Assembly (NCBI GenBank): GCA_977016875.1
Contig: CDRNST010000144.1
Location: forward strand, 372,001-436,000
From: Pavona decussata
Taxonomy: Eukaryota
DNA: 64,000 bases
Direction: 5' to 3'
The position numbers were made by a program, and so were the translations under genes. The stretch's first letter is position 1. Each line of letters begins with the position of its first letter. The notes beneath the pieces are model-generated. The model worked only from the letters and a program-made list of their open reading frames with translations. It ran no database searches and was not told the origin of the DNA. Below, piece after piece: positions 62,405 through 64,000 of the stretch.

Positions 62405-64000
62405 AAAAGTCATCAAAATGTTACCCGAGGTAAGAGATTTGGATTTGGGAGCCGCGGGAACACAACCTTTACAATTAAATTGGAGCTATGATCAAAATGA
62501 CTGTCATTTCATTTTCCAACACAACTTAATGAGATGCACTGTTTTTGAAAATATTTCAGTATTTAGCTATAACTCACTTTAATTTAATACTTAATAGCAC
62601 TATTTTAGAAGGCTAAATAACACATTTAACTGACAGTTTATCACAAAGCATACTGCCCTATTACCAACAACATTATTATGCGATTTTTAAATCTCAATCC
62701 AAAACGCATTTTTCTTTTTAGCGGACTTGTATACTCATGGCAAGATGACATACAAAATAGAACAAAAAGGCAAACAGAAATCAGTTACTGTCAACCGCAC
62801 AGAGTATACATTGACCGAAGAAGCCCTTGAAGCATTTGAAAAAATCCAAGACTCATGAGAAAAGGACATGTAAAAAGAACCCAAATGACACATTAATAGG
62901 AGGTAATTAAGAGCGGCTGCCTGTAAGAATCGAGAACTGCATTTCAGCGACCCCTTGGTCGAATTTCTGATATTTCGCCAGAGGATACCCTTGGATTAAC
63001 TATTTTCGAAAATCATATTTTAAAGTTCTAAGGTATTTTATTTTTTGAGAAAATTGCGAGAGTTTGAAATGCGGCCTAGGTGCGGTCGCGGGCCGATGAA
63101 AACCGCGAAAATTTAGGTCAAAGGACGAAGCCCCGTTCACGGTGTAAAATAACCCAATAAACTTGAAACTTTACACAAACCTAGACCAACCATCTCAAAA
63201 GAAAATTAATACAATAAACATTCCAAACTCGCTGGCTGCTTTCTAAAGCATGCAGATTTGTGTGCGCTACTCAAAATGGCCTCGAAACTAATGCCAATTT
63301 TCATTAAAATAAAAGTGTTTCTGGTATGTAATTTTCTCTAAATTAAATCTCATATCTCGAAAGATGATGAAAAGAACTTTATTTGTTCCAAGTTTCAAGC
63401 TCTGATTCAAACTCTTTCCCACTCAAGAAAGATCGAATATACGTGGGATACTTCCGGCTCGCAATCACGTCACGAATTATGAGATCAGAACCGATTCAAA
63501 AACACTTGACATCTGGAGCCCGTGAATGTTTCCAAACATCACATCTTGAGCCCCAAAACTAATCAGACTGACTGAAGACAGCCATTCAATGTTTTTCGAT
63601 CCCAGATTTCTTTCCTATTCTGCTCTAAAATAATATAGTTATTCTGGTCATGTTAGCCTACGAAACATGTGCAACAAATTTGCATACCATTTCGATGTCG
63701 TAGGGAAAAGTAGTGCAAATCAAACTTTACAGCTCCTTTGTCTTCTTAAATGAAGCAGTCGATCAGTAAAATGGAGAAAAACGTGTGACTTTGTTCTTGC
63801 CGTGTTGTTTTGAGTGTTTGTTTTTAGCAGCGACGGCTCAAATCAATAAGCCGGTGTGACAAAACGACTGTCACTCGATATTCACTTCGTTGATGTAGGT
63901 TAAACGCGCACGTGATCCTGGCCAGGCACTTGCGCGTTCAGGGCGCTTTTAGAAAAGTACTGCTTGTGGGCCAAGCTATGACTACCCTGGTGATGATGAC

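Noticed and set aside
62405-64000. Possible further transposon sequence or remaining ATPase exons after the truncated LTR
   Set aside because: No ORF, TIR pair or exon with ATPase similarity could be supported.

Overview
AT-rich eukaryotic (metazoan) DNA with spliceosomal introns and no intact host gene that I can identify. The repeat families and gene remnants resemble a cnidarian, probably a stony coral (inference). The window is a dense graveyard of decayed mobile DNA: a piggyBac transposase remnant, three KDZ/CxC-type transposase fragments, a Sola-like fragment, a spliced SET-domain pseudogene, an intronless tyrosine-recombinase (Crypton-like) cassette with motif arrays, a ~9.6 kb complex satellite, an internally deleted BEL/Pao LTR retrotransposon, a LINE 3' fragment, MITEs and an assembly gap. 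The most interesting signal is a gene module present in two diverged copies (about 21.2-22.4 kb and 55.4-57.7 kb). In each, a small intronless minus-strand gene (possibly primase large-subunit C-terminal/PriX-like) lies head-to-head with an intron-containing DUF3987/YfjI-like P-loop ATPase. Copy 1 also has an OB-fold-like ORF and a histone-mRNA-type 3' stem-loop 32 nt after the small gene's stop codon. This may be an undescribed animal mobile element with its own replication proteins. All protein family calls are by eye from motifs; no searches were run.
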